A stretch of 32,000 nt of DNA. Origin: Mesoplasma florum L1. Lineage in GTDB: Bacteria; Bacillota_I; Bacilli_A; Mycoplasmatales; Mycoplasmataceae. Both the position numbers and the translations under genes were made by a program. Location of the stretch: NCBI RefSeq assembly GCF_000008305.1, contig NC_006055.1, positions 420,001 to 452,000 of the forward strand, written 5' to 3'. Positions 9,813-21,396 of the stretch are shown in pieces. The notes under the pieces were generated by a model that saw only the letters and a list, made by a program, of their open reading frames with translations, was not told where the DNA came from and ran no database searches. Each line of letters begins with the position of its first letter. Within the stretch, counting starts at the first letter, position 1.

Positions 9813-11730
9813 ATTTTTTTATTATCTTATAGCTTTTAAATAAGACAAAGATATTATCTAAACCATTTGTGATGTAATATTGTATTTTTAATTTTTTGAG
9901 TGTGTCTATTGTTTCTTTATGAGGAAACTTTTTATTTCCGCCTTCATTTTCACCACTAATTAAAGCAATTTTAGGTTTTATTAAATTAATGAACTCAAAA
10001 CTTGAACTTGTCTTACTCCCATGGTGGCCTATTTGTAAGATATCTACTTTCTTAAGATTTAAGATATAAATAAAATCAATTCTATTCATTAAGTACATTT
10101 CTGTTTCTTTTTCAGCATCTCCCATAAATAAACTTCTTATATTTCCAATATCTACTATTAAAACTAAACTCTTATTATTTTCAGAATTAGCATATGGATT
10201 TATAAAAATATTAATAATAATGTTTTTTATTTTTATAGTGTTTAATATATCTTCATTTAAAATAATTTGCTTTATTTTAAAATTTTCTTTTAAACTGAAT
10301 AAATTATTATAATGGTCTTCATGTGTATGAGAAATAAAAATTAAATCTATTTTATTGATACCTTGATACTTTAAAAAATTACTTACGAGTTCTGGACTTC
10401 TTTGCTTTCCAACTCCAGCATCAAAAATTATAGTTATATTATTCCACTTGTTATGATAAACAAAACTATTACCGTTACCTACATTAAGCATTGTCAAATA
10501 TTCTGAGGGCTTAAATAAAAAGTTTAAAACTAAAAATAAGAAAAATGCAATTATTGAATATATCTTTATTTTTATTGATACTAAATCACAAACAAAGTTT
10601 ATTATTGTTAAATAACCAAATAATATAAAAATAATATTGAAATAACCAACATTTAATATAAGACTTATTCTTTTAAGCAAAATAACTACAGTTAGTAATA
10701 CATCGTATAAATTATTTAATAAATCTTTGTTAATTAAATACACTAATGGCGTAATTCAGTAATATACACTTATTATTGGTGATAATAAAAAAGCGTAAAA
10801 CATCGAAGTACCATTTATTTGATAAGTGAAATATACATTCAATAAATTTAATAGCATAAAGAAGAAAATGAAATTAAAAAGTTTTTTTTCTTTATTAACT
10901 AAAGATCAAAAGAGAATAATTAAAACAATGTATCAAAAACCAGAACTAAAAGCAAAGTTAGGAAAAATTAAAATGATAACGACAATTGAAACAAGATTTT
11001 TTAAATATTTATCAGTTTTTAATGTTTTAAATATATCTAAAATTTGATTAAACATTATCCTTGTAAACATAATAGGTCAACAAGTTAAATAGCTTCATAC
11101 AAACAATATAAAAGTTGAAATGTATTTAAATTTTCTAAGAGTTATTTTATTAAATAATTTAAAGATTAAAAACATATTTATAAAATTAAAATTAATTAAA
11201 TATTTTAAACCCAATTGATTTAATTCAGAAACCATTAAATCACTTGAATCATACTTATTTAAGAAAAGCACATTAATTAATAAAGGAGCATTATTCAAAT
11301 TAAAATGTTTATAAATTAAAACTCTTATATTGAAGTTATTTAATATTTCTAAATTTGATGTTTTAATTTGGTATCTAATATTATCCTTGCTAAGATATTC
11401 TTTAAAATCAAATTCGTAGTAATTAGAAATGCTATTTATTTGATTTACTTTTCCTTTTATGTTTAGTTTCATACCTACAACATAATTATTTTTGTTAGCT
11501 TGTATATAAAATTTTGTATTATTAATTTTAACTATTATGTAATTAGTTTTACATTTTAATATTTTTGCTTTTCCGACTATTTCTTGTTCTTCTTCAAAAC
11601 TATTTGAATTTCAGTATTGATATATCAATAACATTATTATTGCAATAACTATTCAAGCAGTTACGAACAATATTTTTCTTTTGTTTTCTAATCAGGTAAA
11701 TATTAAAAGTATCAAAAGGCTTATAAACAA
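9811..11730 (-). CDS. comEC: ComEC/Rec2-like competence membrane protein; 5' end unresolved
   Basis: C-terminal metallo-beta-lactamase-like domain (MLNVGNGNSFVYH...IIFDAG...ISHTHEDHYNNL...GDAEKETE...LQIGHHGSKTSS), central multi-TM region and N-terminal OB-like stretch; several TGA Trp codons. The frame is open up to 11805 with no ATG near the expected N-terminus; 11730 is a candidate TTG. Confidence 0.75.
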
Positions 11731-11805
11731 ATAAATTATTTCTTGTGTATAAAAAAATGATACATAGATACAAGTGAAATTAAAAAAATAAAATATAAAA
11801 TAGGT

Positions 11806-12300
11806 TTAAAATGTAATAAGTTTTGAAAGTCCTTTTTCAAATAAGAATTGTTCATTTTTAGATTCACAAAATGCTTTCACCTCACTTTCAATAACAGAAG
11901 AAGGCTTTGCTTGATCAATAATTAAGAATAGTTCAATAGAATATGATGAGCTTAAGTTAAATACTAATAAATCGCTCATTTTTATATTCAGATAATTTAT
12001 TTTTTGAATATATTGATCTTTGATGTCTAAAACTATTTTATCTTGTTTTAAATTTATTTTAATTGGTTCGAACCAATTCAAATTACTGTTAACCTTTTGA
12101 AATTCATTTCAATAATTTTTATAATTATTTTTAGGCAATTTTTTAGGGTATGTAAAATTTTCAATATTTGTTATTAATTCATATCTAATTTGAAAAATAA
12201 ATTCTTCTTTATTGCTAAAATTATCAATACTAAAAAAACTTGTTACAAAAACAAGGATTAAAATGATAGTAAAGGCTATTAAATATTGAAACTTTTTCAT
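11806..12300 (-). CDS. Membrane-anchored or exported hypothetical protein, 164 aa
   Basis: MKKFQYLIAFTIILILVFVTSFFSIDNFSNKEEF...; track ORFs 12109..12300 and 11806..12081 join through TGA (Trp). Confidence 0.75.
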
Positions 12301-12328
12301 ATTAGTTATTAAGGTAAAAAAAATAAAA

Positions 12329-12348
12329 AAATCTACATAAGTAGATTT
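12329..12348 (-). terminator. Intrinsic terminator downstream of rbfA
   Basis: AAATCTAC-ataa-GTAGATTT with a T-rich tract on the minus strand. Confidence 0.7.
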
Positions 12349-12356
12349 AATTTTAA

Positions 12357-12707
12357 TTATTTGTTAACTTTATTTAAAATTTCTTCAATTCTATTAGCAT
12401 TCTCCAAACTAGTATCATATTCAAAGAATAAATCTGGTACTGTTCTTGTATTTAATTTATGTGCTAACTTCATACGAATAGTTTTTTTATTTTCTTCAAG
12501 TTCACTTGCTATTAATTCTTTTGTTATTTCTTTATTTAACGGTAAGAATGATCAATAAATTTTAGCTATTTCACTATCATTTGTTAATCTTACTTCAGCA
12601 ATTGAAAGTGCTCTTAAAACATCGTTTTTCATTTCTCTTTCAATAATAATTGTAAGTTCTCTTAAAATTGTAGCTTCTTTTCTACCTTTAATTTTGTGAT
12701 TTGCCAT
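12357..12707 (-). CDS. rbfA: 30S ribosome-binding factor A
   Basis: MANHKIKGRKEATILRELTTIIIREMKNDVLRALSIAEVRLTNDSEIAKIYWSFL...; one internal TGA as Trp hides it from the track; GAGGTGG RBS. Confidence 0.85.
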
Positions 12708-12734
12708 AAATCCACCTCGAGTTCTATACTATTA

Positions 12735-13385
12735 TTATAATATTTTTTTCAAGATTTCCAAAATTTCTTTTCCAGCTATTTTAATAAAATCGTTAAATTG
12801 AACATTGTTTGTGTTTTTTTCTCCAATTACATCACTAATAATTTTTATTACACTAAACTCTTTTTCAAACAAATAGGCTGTTTGAGCATATGCAAAACAT
12901 TCCATATCTAAAACACTAATTTTATCTTCAATTTTATTAATAAAATTTTTAACTTGTTCAGTTGAGTGGATAAATATATCTGATGAAGCAATATTTTTTA
13001 TTTTTGCTTTACTGATAGTCTTAATAATATCTTTATTACTTGTTTCATAATATTTTGGCATTCTTGGTACTTGACCATAAGCATAACCAAATGCAGTTGC
13101 ATCAGCAACGCTGTTATAAATTTTATCAATAATTAAAATATCACCTTGTTTCAATTCTTTATCACAACCACCACTAGTTCCAATATTAATTATTGAATCT
13201 ATATCGTATTTACTTAAAATATATGACAATTGAGCAGCTGCATTAACTAAACCAATTCCAGTTATACAAAACATAATTTCTTCATTTTTATAAATTGTAA
13301 ACTTTTCATTTTCAACTTTATTTAATTTGTAAAAAGCAATTGAATCCTGCAATTCTTCATGCATAGCTCCTATAATTAATTTCAT
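12735..13385 (-). CDS. mtnN: 5'-methylthioadenosine/S-adenosylhomocysteine nucleosidase
   Basis: MKLIIGAMHEELQDSI...GIGLVNAAAQLSYIL...INIGTSGGCD...SVLDMECFAYAQTAY...VIKIISD. Confidence 0.93.
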   Translation of the reverse strand: MKLIIGAMHEELQDSIAFYKLNKVENEKFTIYKNEEIMFCITGIGLVNAAAQLSYILSKYDIDSIINIGTSGGCDKELKQGDILIIDKIYNSVADATAFGYAYGQVPRMPKYYETSNKDIIKTISKAKIKNIASSDIFIHSTEQVKNFINKIEDKISVLDMECFAYAQTAYLFEKEFSVIKIISDVIGEKNTNNVQFNDFIKIAGKEILEILKKIL

Positions 13386-14494
13386 TATTTTTCTCCTTTT
13401 ACATAAAAGTTATAAGTTTTTAAAAGTTTATCGCCAATAGAATCTATTCCATGAGTTTTAATTGCAACTTCATATTGGTTTATTAGTAATTTAATAAAAC
13501 CATTTTTTAAATTTTTAAAACATTCTTCTCGATAATATTCAACATCTTTATAATCTCGTTCTGAACTAATTTTATCTGCACAAAAAACAATCATATCCAA
13601 TGTTGACATATTTTCACAACCAACAGTGTGATTGTAAACTGCATTAATTATTTCTTCATCTCTTATTAATCAATCATATTTTAAATGAAACGCACCTGTA
13701 TATGAGTGTCAGACAGGTTTTGGTTCAACTAATAATGCTTTTTCATACTTATTAATGTATAAAGCTTGTTTTTCTTCTGATCATCTTTTAGTAATATCAT
13801 GCAATGTACCAGCAACTTTTGCTTGTTGAGGATCTATATTATTAATTTCAGCTAGTTTAGCGGCCATATCTCCAACATTCAAGCAATGTTGATATCTTTC
13901 TTCATCCATAAATGGTTTCATTCTTGTTTGAAGATATAACAAGTGATAATTTATATAATCATTTACTTTAGGTGTTAATAAATTCAACTCTTCAAGATTT
14001 CTTATTTTTGTTGAACTTAAAAAATTGTTATCAAAATGATAAATAGGTAAACTATATTTTATTGCTACATCTTTTTTATATTCATTAGTTCTTTCAAACA
14101 CAATAAAATTAACTAAATTAATAAGTTCGTCAAAATTATTTCATTCTTCTAATCTATCTAAATTATCTGAACCAATAACAAAAGAAAAATCATATTCTGG
14201 ATACATTTTTTTGAAATGTGAAACTGTTTCAAAAGTTGTTGTAACTCTTTGATTGTTCATTTCAAATTGATTAATTTTAATATAATTTTCATCTTCAAAA
14301 ATAAGATTAAGTAAATTTAATCTTTCTTCATTTGAAGTTTTTGTAGACGATTTAAAAGGATTTAAAAATGTAGGTATTATTCAAACTTCTTCATAACCAA
14401 GTTTGTCATGACAAGTTTTTGCCATATTAAAATGATCAGTGTGTACAGGGTCAAAACTTCCACCAAAAAGTGCTATTTTTTTATTATTTTTCAT
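13385..14494 (-). CDS. nadD: Nicotinate-nucleotide adenylyltransferase fused to a C-terminal YqeK-type HD hydrolase domain
   Basis: KKIALFGGSFDPVHTDHFNMAK and SSTKIR (NadD), then HCLNVGDMAAKLAE...VAGTLHDITK (HD domain) in the same frame; three TGA-broken track ORFs join; TAATG overlap with mtnN. Confidence 0.9.
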
Positions 14495-15023
14495 CTTTTC
14501 ATCTTTCGCTCATAATATAGTCTTTACCTTTTTGCACTTCTGTTTTACTTAATGTTGGATAATCTCATTGTCTTAATATTTCATAAGTCACTATCCCTAC
14601 TGTATTAGCAACATTAATGCTTCGAGTTTGAGGTGACATTGGAAGTCTAAAAGTATTTTCATAGTTATCTTTAATAATTTGTTTTGGTATACCTGTAGAT
14701 TCTTTACCAAACATTACAAAAACAGGTTTTTGATATGAATTAAAATCAAAATCACTATGTGGTTTTTCACCATATCTTGAAATACAGAATAAATCAATAC
14801 TTGGATTTTTTTCACAAAAATCTTCTCAATCATCATATAGTTGGTATTCAACTAAATCAAAAGTTCCAGCACTAGCTCTGTTCATTTCTTCTTTTTTAAA
14901 TATAAAACCTAGAGGTTCTATAATATGTAACTTAGCATTTGTAGCAACACAAGTTCTAATTATTGCTGCTACGTTTTGAGCTATTTCTGGCTCATATAAA
15001 ACTATATTAACTTGTCTTTCCAT
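14484..15023 (-). CDS. trmL: tRNA (cytidine/uridine-2'-O-)-methyltransferase, SPOUT family
   Basis: MERQVNIVLYEPEIAQNVAAIIRTCVATNAKLHIIEPLGF...VFVMFGKESTGIPK...RLPMSPQTRSINVANTVGIVTYE; final TGA is Trp, stop TAA at 14484-14486. Confidence 0.9.
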
Positions 15024-15024
15024 T

Positions 15025-15621
15025 TTATTTAATTTCCTTTTCAATTATTTTTTTAATATCATTCAACGCATAAGCTCTAGCTGAACAATTAATTTTATCT
15101 TCTTCAGTTAAATCTGCACAATAAACATTAAACGGTTCAGGTTTAAAAATATAATCATATCCAAAAGTATGATCTGATACTTTTAATTCCTCACCCATTA
15201 AACCTTTTGTGATTCCTAAAGCTTCAAAACTTTGATTTTCTTCATAATTGCAAATTACAATAGCAGTTTGCATGCTCATGTTTTTATTATCTGAATCTTT
15301 AGTTTTTTGCATTATCATTTTACATATCTCTTTAAAATCAGTTACAGGGTATGCTCATCTTCTTGAATAAACTCCAGGAAAACCATCAAGCGCATCAAAA
15401 AAGTATCCTGTGTCATCTCCAATAGCTCAACCATTGATGTATTTTGATAATGCTTCAGCTTTAATCTTTGCATTTTCCAATAATGTTTCACCGTTTTCTT
15501 CTGGTTCTACATATTCTGGTAAATCTTTAACGCTTTTAATTTCATAATCAGGTAATAATAATTTAAATTCTTTGATTTTACCCTCATTATTGCTAGCTAT
15601 TCATAATTCTTTTTTATTCAT
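15025..15621 (-). CDS. rdgB: RdgB/HAM1 family XTP/dITP diphosphatase
   Basis: MNKKELWIASNNEGKIKEFKLLL...[42 protein letters not shown]...FGYDYIF... Confidence 0.92.
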
Positions 15622-15683
15622 GACTGCCTTTCTGAGATAATTTGATAATATATATTATATATTTTAGAGGTTTAGGTATAAAA

Positions 15684-16445
15684 ATGAAAGCAGTTAGCGG
15701 TTTAAGTAATAAAATAATTGTAAAAGAAAAAGTTTTAGTTAAAGAATCTTATTCATATGTTGATAAATACCTTGACAGAGACAATGAAATAAAAATTTAT
15801 GAGCAATTAAGTAATTTAAAAAATGATTTTATGATAATACCTTTTGAATGAAAAATTAATAAAACACAAATGGTATCTAAAACTGAATTTTTTGATAATG
15901 CCATAACTCTTCACGAAACAGATATCTGTGTTAATAAAATGAAATCAATAATCAAAATAATTAGTAAAATACATAATTTAGAATTGATTGATATAAAGGT
16001 ATTTAATCCTAAAGAATTTTTAAACTTCTTTATTAAAAATACAAAAGAATGCTTATTTGATTTAGACTTTATTAAAGATCAAGTTAATTTAATAATAGAT
16101 AATTATTGAAGTGATAATTCTAAACCAGTCTTTTCTCACAATGACTTAGTAAAAGGAAATTTTATTAATTATAAAAAAGGGTGAAAAATAATTGATTTTG
16201 AATATGCTATGTATAACCACTATTTATTTGATTATGCTAGTTTTATAAGTGAATCTTTAAATAAAAAAAGATGGAATGTATTTTTAAATTTATTAAATTT
16301 ATCTGAAGCAGAATTAAATAAAATAACTAATCTGATCTTATATCAAAATTACTTATGGATTTATTGAGCCAGTTATATGTTTGAACAAACTAATGATCAA
16401 ATTTTTAAAGACATTGCCAAAGAAAAATTTGAAAATATAAAATAA
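15684..16445 (+). CDS. Choline/ethanolamine kinase-like (LicA-type) phosphotransferase
   Basis: MKAVSGLSNKIIVKEK... with Brenner-type motif FSHNDLVKGNFI and metal-binding KIIDFEYAMYNHYLFDYASF; TGA as Trp several times. Confidence 0.8.
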
Positions 16446-16470
16446 AATCTTAGCTTTTAACTAAGATTTT
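16444..16470. terminator. Intrinsic terminator after the kinase-like gene; overlaps the end of the convergent PAP2 gene
   Basis: AAAATCTTAG-cttttaa-CTAAGATTTT followed by tttg. Confidence 0.75.
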
Positions 16471-17559
16471 TTTGTTTACTATTTTATTAACTATAACTAT
16501 AGATAAATAAGAACAAATGATAATTCACATTCAAGTAAATGTTGTATCAGTAAGTCAATGACTTCCGTTAATTAAAAATGATATAACTAAAAATAATTGA
16601 TGTACAAAGAATAAATAAATAGCAGCTATTTTTCCTTTTGATAAATTGTTAGGATTTTTAAAATCAATTATGAAAATGAACGCAAATCCACACATACCCA
16701 TTTGAGCCATGTGACCTGATGGAAAAGCATTAGCATCAAATAATTTATCTAGAGATCAGTCTATTTTATCTGGGTTACCAATTAAACCATTAAATATTCA
16801 TCATGGTTGAAAGACATCAGGTGATTTAACTCAATCTGGATTAAAATTTATAGCTATTCCATATTTTTCTTGAAACATGTTTACTCTTTCTTTTAAAACA
16901 ACTTCCATTAAATTATAGTAATCTCTCCCCATTAATATTTTTAATGTTCCAACTAAACCGTATGCTAAAAAGAAAAAAACAATTATTTGTATACATTTAA
17001 TTCAATATTTATTTTCATAAAAAAATGGTTTTTTAAATCAAACTAATTTTGCATATAATAATATACTCAATAATATCCCAAATTGTAAAACAGCTATAAT
17101 AACTAACATTTTTCTAAAGTCTTTTGCACTAATGAATCTTTTAATATCAAATTTTAATATATCTCCATCAATAGTTTCAACTGTTCTGTTAAATTTTCAT
17201 GAACTATCTACTTTTAAAAACATAAAAATAAATCAAGCAATTAGTATAACTGCAAAAAAGATTCAAGATCAAAAATCTTTATCTAACCCCTTTTTCTTAT
17301 TTAAGTTTATTAAAATATATTCTATGATGATAAAAGCTATTAATGCAAAAACAATATATAAATCTGTATACCCTGATTGTAAATAATAAATTGAAAGATA
17401 TTTTATAAAATCAATTTTTAATAACTGTGCAAATATTTCCATTATTTCATAATCATAAAATGATGAAAATATAAAAAAGAATAAATTTAGTAAAAAAATA
17501 CCTATCAAAGGATAAATAATAAATTTATTTAGTTTGTTTTTTTCCTTTAAAAATTGCAT
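16450..17559 (-). CDS. PAP2 superfamily membrane phosphatase-like protein
   Basis: MQFLKEKNKLNKFIIYPLIGIFLLNLFFFIF...AFPSGHMAQMG...HQLFLVISFLINGSHWLTD (PSGH and SxxxxxxHxxxD motifs); multi-pass TM; many TGA Trp codons. Confidence 0.82.
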
Positions 17560-17601
17560 TTTTTGACCGTTCCTTAAACATTCTTAATTTTTATTGTAGA
17601 C

Positions 17602-17617
17602 AAAAAAAAAAAAAAAA
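17602..17617. repeat. About 16-bp poly(A)/poly(T) homopolymer
   Basis: gtagac followed by an uninterrupted A run (about 16) and cac; reads as a T run on the minus strand. Confidence 0.8.
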
Positions 17618-17645
17618 CACTTTTTTGTCTAAAAAAAGTGTTTTT
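17613..17645 (-). terminator. Strong intrinsic terminator downstream of the AEC transporter
   Basis: AAAAACACTTTTTT...AAAAAAGTGTTTTT inverted repeat of about 14 bp; on the minus strand it runs directly into the long T tract. Confidence 0.85.
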
Positions 17646-17651
17646 GGCGAT

Positions 17652-18764
17652 CTATGAGAATAAACCTGTAGCTCCAATTGCTGATGAAATAAGAATTCAA
17701 AGTGGTATTGTAATAATACTTGTTAATATTGTTAAAGTTCCAACATGAGATGCAATTTTTGGTTCTTTATTATAAATAATTGCATAACCTACAATTGTGT
17801 TTGCTGTTGGTGAAGCTATGATTGCAACACATAATACAAATGCTAGTGAAGTGATGCCTTTTCCAATAACTGTTTTAAGTAATAAACTAAATATTATGAA
17901 TAATACAACACATATTAATGGTGTAATTATATTTTTTACAAAAGTAGCTCATCAAACTAATCACGATTGGAAAGATTCTTTAATTTGACTTTTAGCTAAT
18001 ACTGCTCCCATTGAGAATCATGCAAGTGGACTAGCTAATGGAGCTAATATACCTAATACTTGACTTAACCCTGGAATAAATTTATCGATTCTACTTATTG
18101 AATAATATGTGTTATCTATGTGTATTACTTTAACACCTGGAATTAATTGAAATAATCATAAAAATATCCCAATGAATGTAGCTATAATAACAGGATTTTT
18201 AAATACCTTAAGCATACTTATAAATGAAGTCTTCTGCTTTTCTTGTAACAAACTATTTTGTACTTCATTTTCATTATATCTTTTCTTTTTCATAATATTA
18301 TCAGCTGCTGAATACATGAAAATTCAAAAACCAATTAAAAATAATGATGAATATAAATCTATTGATTGTTGTTGATCAGCTGGTGAGATTGCTTTGATAA
18401 TCATTACACCAAAATAAACTGCTGATGAAAAAGCAACACTCATTCCTAAAGTATCTTGTAATGATTTTGATTTACCTATAAAAAAATATTTAGACCCAAA
18501 AGTTAAACTTGTATAAAATATCAAACCTAAAATTGCTATAAAAATAGATTCTCAAATATAATCAGTATTTATATCTATTAAAAAGCTTTTAAGCGCTAAT
18601 GCAGGTAATGCTGCGTATAAAATTATCTTAACAACAACTTTTTCTCAATCAGCAAAAATAAGCGTTTTTCTTTGAAATATAAAACCTATAAAAATAATAA
18701 AAGAGGCAGCTATTAGAATACTTCAAAAATTAAAATTTGATAATACATCTACCATAGCTTTCAT
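17652..18764 (-). CDS. AEC (auxin efflux carrier/malate permease-like) family transporter
   Basis: Multi-TM protein MKAMVDVLSNFNFWSILIAASFIIFIGFIFQRK...LAPLASPLAWFSMGAVLAKSQIKE...CIATIAFTSPTANTIVGYA... Confidence 0.78.
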
Positions 18765-18877
18765 TGAACTACTATAAAACATTTTTTTCTCCAAAACTAT
18801 ATTTATAATAATTATAAAGTATTAATAATTTGATAAGTTATATAAATATAAAAAAATGAACCATTGGTTCATTTAAA

Positions 18878-19951
18878 TTAAAATTTAAGTTTTACTAATT
18901 CTCTTGTTGCTGAAGTTAGCATTCTATAACCATCTTTTAAAACTAAGATATCATCTTCAATTCTAACTCCACCTAAACCTGGAATGTAAATTCCTGGTTC
19001 AATTGTTAAAGTCATGTTTTCTTTTAAAATAGTATTTCCTGCAGCTGATGCATATGGTTCTTCATGTATTTCAACTCCATAACCATGACCTAAACCATGA
19101 GTAAAGTATCCACCATATCCTCTTTTTTCAATGAAATCATAAACTTGTTTATGTATTTCACCAGCATTAACACCTTCTGAAACTAAACTTATTCCTAAAG
19201 ATTGTGCTTCATAAACTGCATTATAAATGTCTTCTAATTTTGCATCTATTTCACCAATTGCTATAGTTCTAGTTTGATCTGAGCAATATCCATTGTAATA
19301 ACAACCCATATCAATAGTTACAAGATCTCCAATTTCAATTTTTTTGTCAGTTGGAACAGCATGAGGCATACTTCCATTAACACCAGATGCAATGATTGTG
19401 TCAAATGATATTTTTTCAGCACCTTTTACTAAAAATTCATTATCAACGAATCTTTGTAATTCTTTTTCAGTCATTCCTGGTTTTACATATTCAAGAATAG
19501 CTTCAAAAACTTCATTAGTTATATCACAAGCTTTTTGTAGTTGTTCAATTTCTCATTCATCCTTAACAATTCTAATTTCTGAACAATTAATAGGAACTAA
19601 AGTTTGTTCTGTAAAAATAGATGCATATTTTTCAAATTCTGCATAATGAACTCAATCAGATTCAAATCCTAATTTTTTAACATTATGTTCTTTTAGTATT
19701 TCTTTCATTTGAACAAATAAATTGTTTGAAAATTCTCTTATTTCAATATCTTTTGGAATGTTATTTGAATTTCTTGCAGCTGTTATATATCTTCCATCAA
19801 CTAATAAATAGCTTTTTGTTTTTGTTATCAATAAGTAACCTAATGAAGACTTAAATCTTGAAAATCAATATCTATTTTCAGGTGAATAAAATAAAATAGC
19901 TTCAGCTGAATTTGATTCTAATAATTTATTTACTATTTCTTGTTTTTTCAT
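18878..19951 (-). CDS. pepP: M24 family Xaa-Pro aminopeptidase
   Basis: TIDMGCYYNGYCSDQTRTIAIG, FTHGLGHGYGVEIHEEPY, LTIEPGIYIPGLGGVRIEDDILV (metal ligands present); RBS AAGGAG. Confidence 0.93.
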
Positions 19952-20014
19952 ACTTACTCCTTGTTTTGTTATATATTATTTTGTCATTAAATAAAAAAAA
20001 ATAAAATAGTTAAA

Positions 20015-20158
20015 CTATTTTTTTTGTTTATGTAATTCGTGTTTGTTGCAGTTACTGCAGAATTTTTTAACTTCTATTTTTTCTTTTTTCTTATCGTTTT
20101 TACCAATGTAATTTTCATTTTTACATTCTGTACAACGTAGAATATATTTTTCACGCAT
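20015..20158 (-). CDS. rpmG: 50S ribosomal protein L33
   Basis: [47 protein letters not shown]; two CxxC zinc knuckles; too short for the track. Confidence 0.92.
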
Positions 20159-20340
20159 AAACGTCACCTCACTAAACTTTTCTTGTATAGATACAATATC
20201 TATTTAATATTATCAACCTTTCTACTTTTTTACAAGTTAGATAGTCAATAAATTTATTATTAAAGATTAATTTGCTTATTTTAGATGATTTATAGTAAAA
20301 TATTAATAATGATTTTAATCATTTATCTTAAGGAGGAATT

Positions 20341-21396
20341 ATGAAGAAATTAATAGCCCTTTTAGGAGCCATTACTTTGACTGCTTCATCAGCATCACTT
20401 GTAGTAGCTTGTGGAAATACAACAGTACCAGAATATGACAATTTTGCAAAACTTGCTAATGCAACTAGACCAACATTAAATGATAACAATGAGATCGAAC
20501 AAAAAGGTTCAACTTTGGTTTACTACATTGGAGCAGAAGATAATCTTTCTTCATTATCATTTGAATATGCATTAAAAAAATCAGTTGGACTTGATGAAAG
20601 TGCTTCTTTAGATGATGCATTTGAAAAATTGAATGAATCTAACAGTTCAACCAATGATTTTGCAGGAAAATTTAAAGGTATAGGTGATACTTTTACAGCT
20701 AATAACGTAAATGGTGATGATGCCTTAAGATTAGTTGAAACAAATGTTACTTATAACAAGAAAAAAGATTTATGATATTTTGAAAATCAAACTGACTTAA
20801 GTACTTTTAGTGCTGAAGCTACTGGAACTAAAATTGAAATGCATGGAACAACAGTTGATACTGTTGGAGATCTTTGAACAGATAAAGCAACTAAAAAAAT
20901 ATTAAATGATTGAATAAAACCTTCGATTGCTAGAATGGTTTATGCTAATATAGATAAACATAATCAATCATGAGATAAAACAAAAGATAAAGAACAGATT
21001 AAAAAAGTTAATGATGAAATAAACTCAAGAACTGAAGCTATTAAAAATTCAAAAGGTCCTTTATTCTTAATTATTAGAAATGGTGAGTTTGTAGGTTATT
21101 TAGAAGGATTTGAAGCTTATAATCAAGTTAAAAAAGATGGAGACAATCCAGATTTAGGTAAAAGCGATTACAAAGAAAATGATCTTATAAATAATTTTAT
21201 AAACGGTATGCAAAGTGTTGTTCATACTAAAGATATAATGACAAAAACATATAAATCTGATAATACTAACTATAATTTAAATTCAACAGCATCAAATCAA
21301 TGAAAATGACAGAATTGAGATAATTGAGTTATTAGAGATTCTAAAACATCATCAGAATCTGGAGAGAGTTATTCATATAATTTAAATAAATACTAA
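20341..21396 (+). CDS. Surface lipoprotein
   Basis: MKKLIALLGAITLTASSASLVVACGN signal and lipobox; AAGGAGG RBS; frame continues through several TGA Trp codons to ...SYSYNLNKY*. Confidence 0.88.

Noticed and set aside
11515-11585. Apparent frameshift inside the comEC-like gene near a T run
   Set aside because: A first hand count gave one extra T; with the correct 60-base line the frame is continuous (EEEQEIVGKAKILKCKTNYIIVKINNTKFYIQANKNNY).
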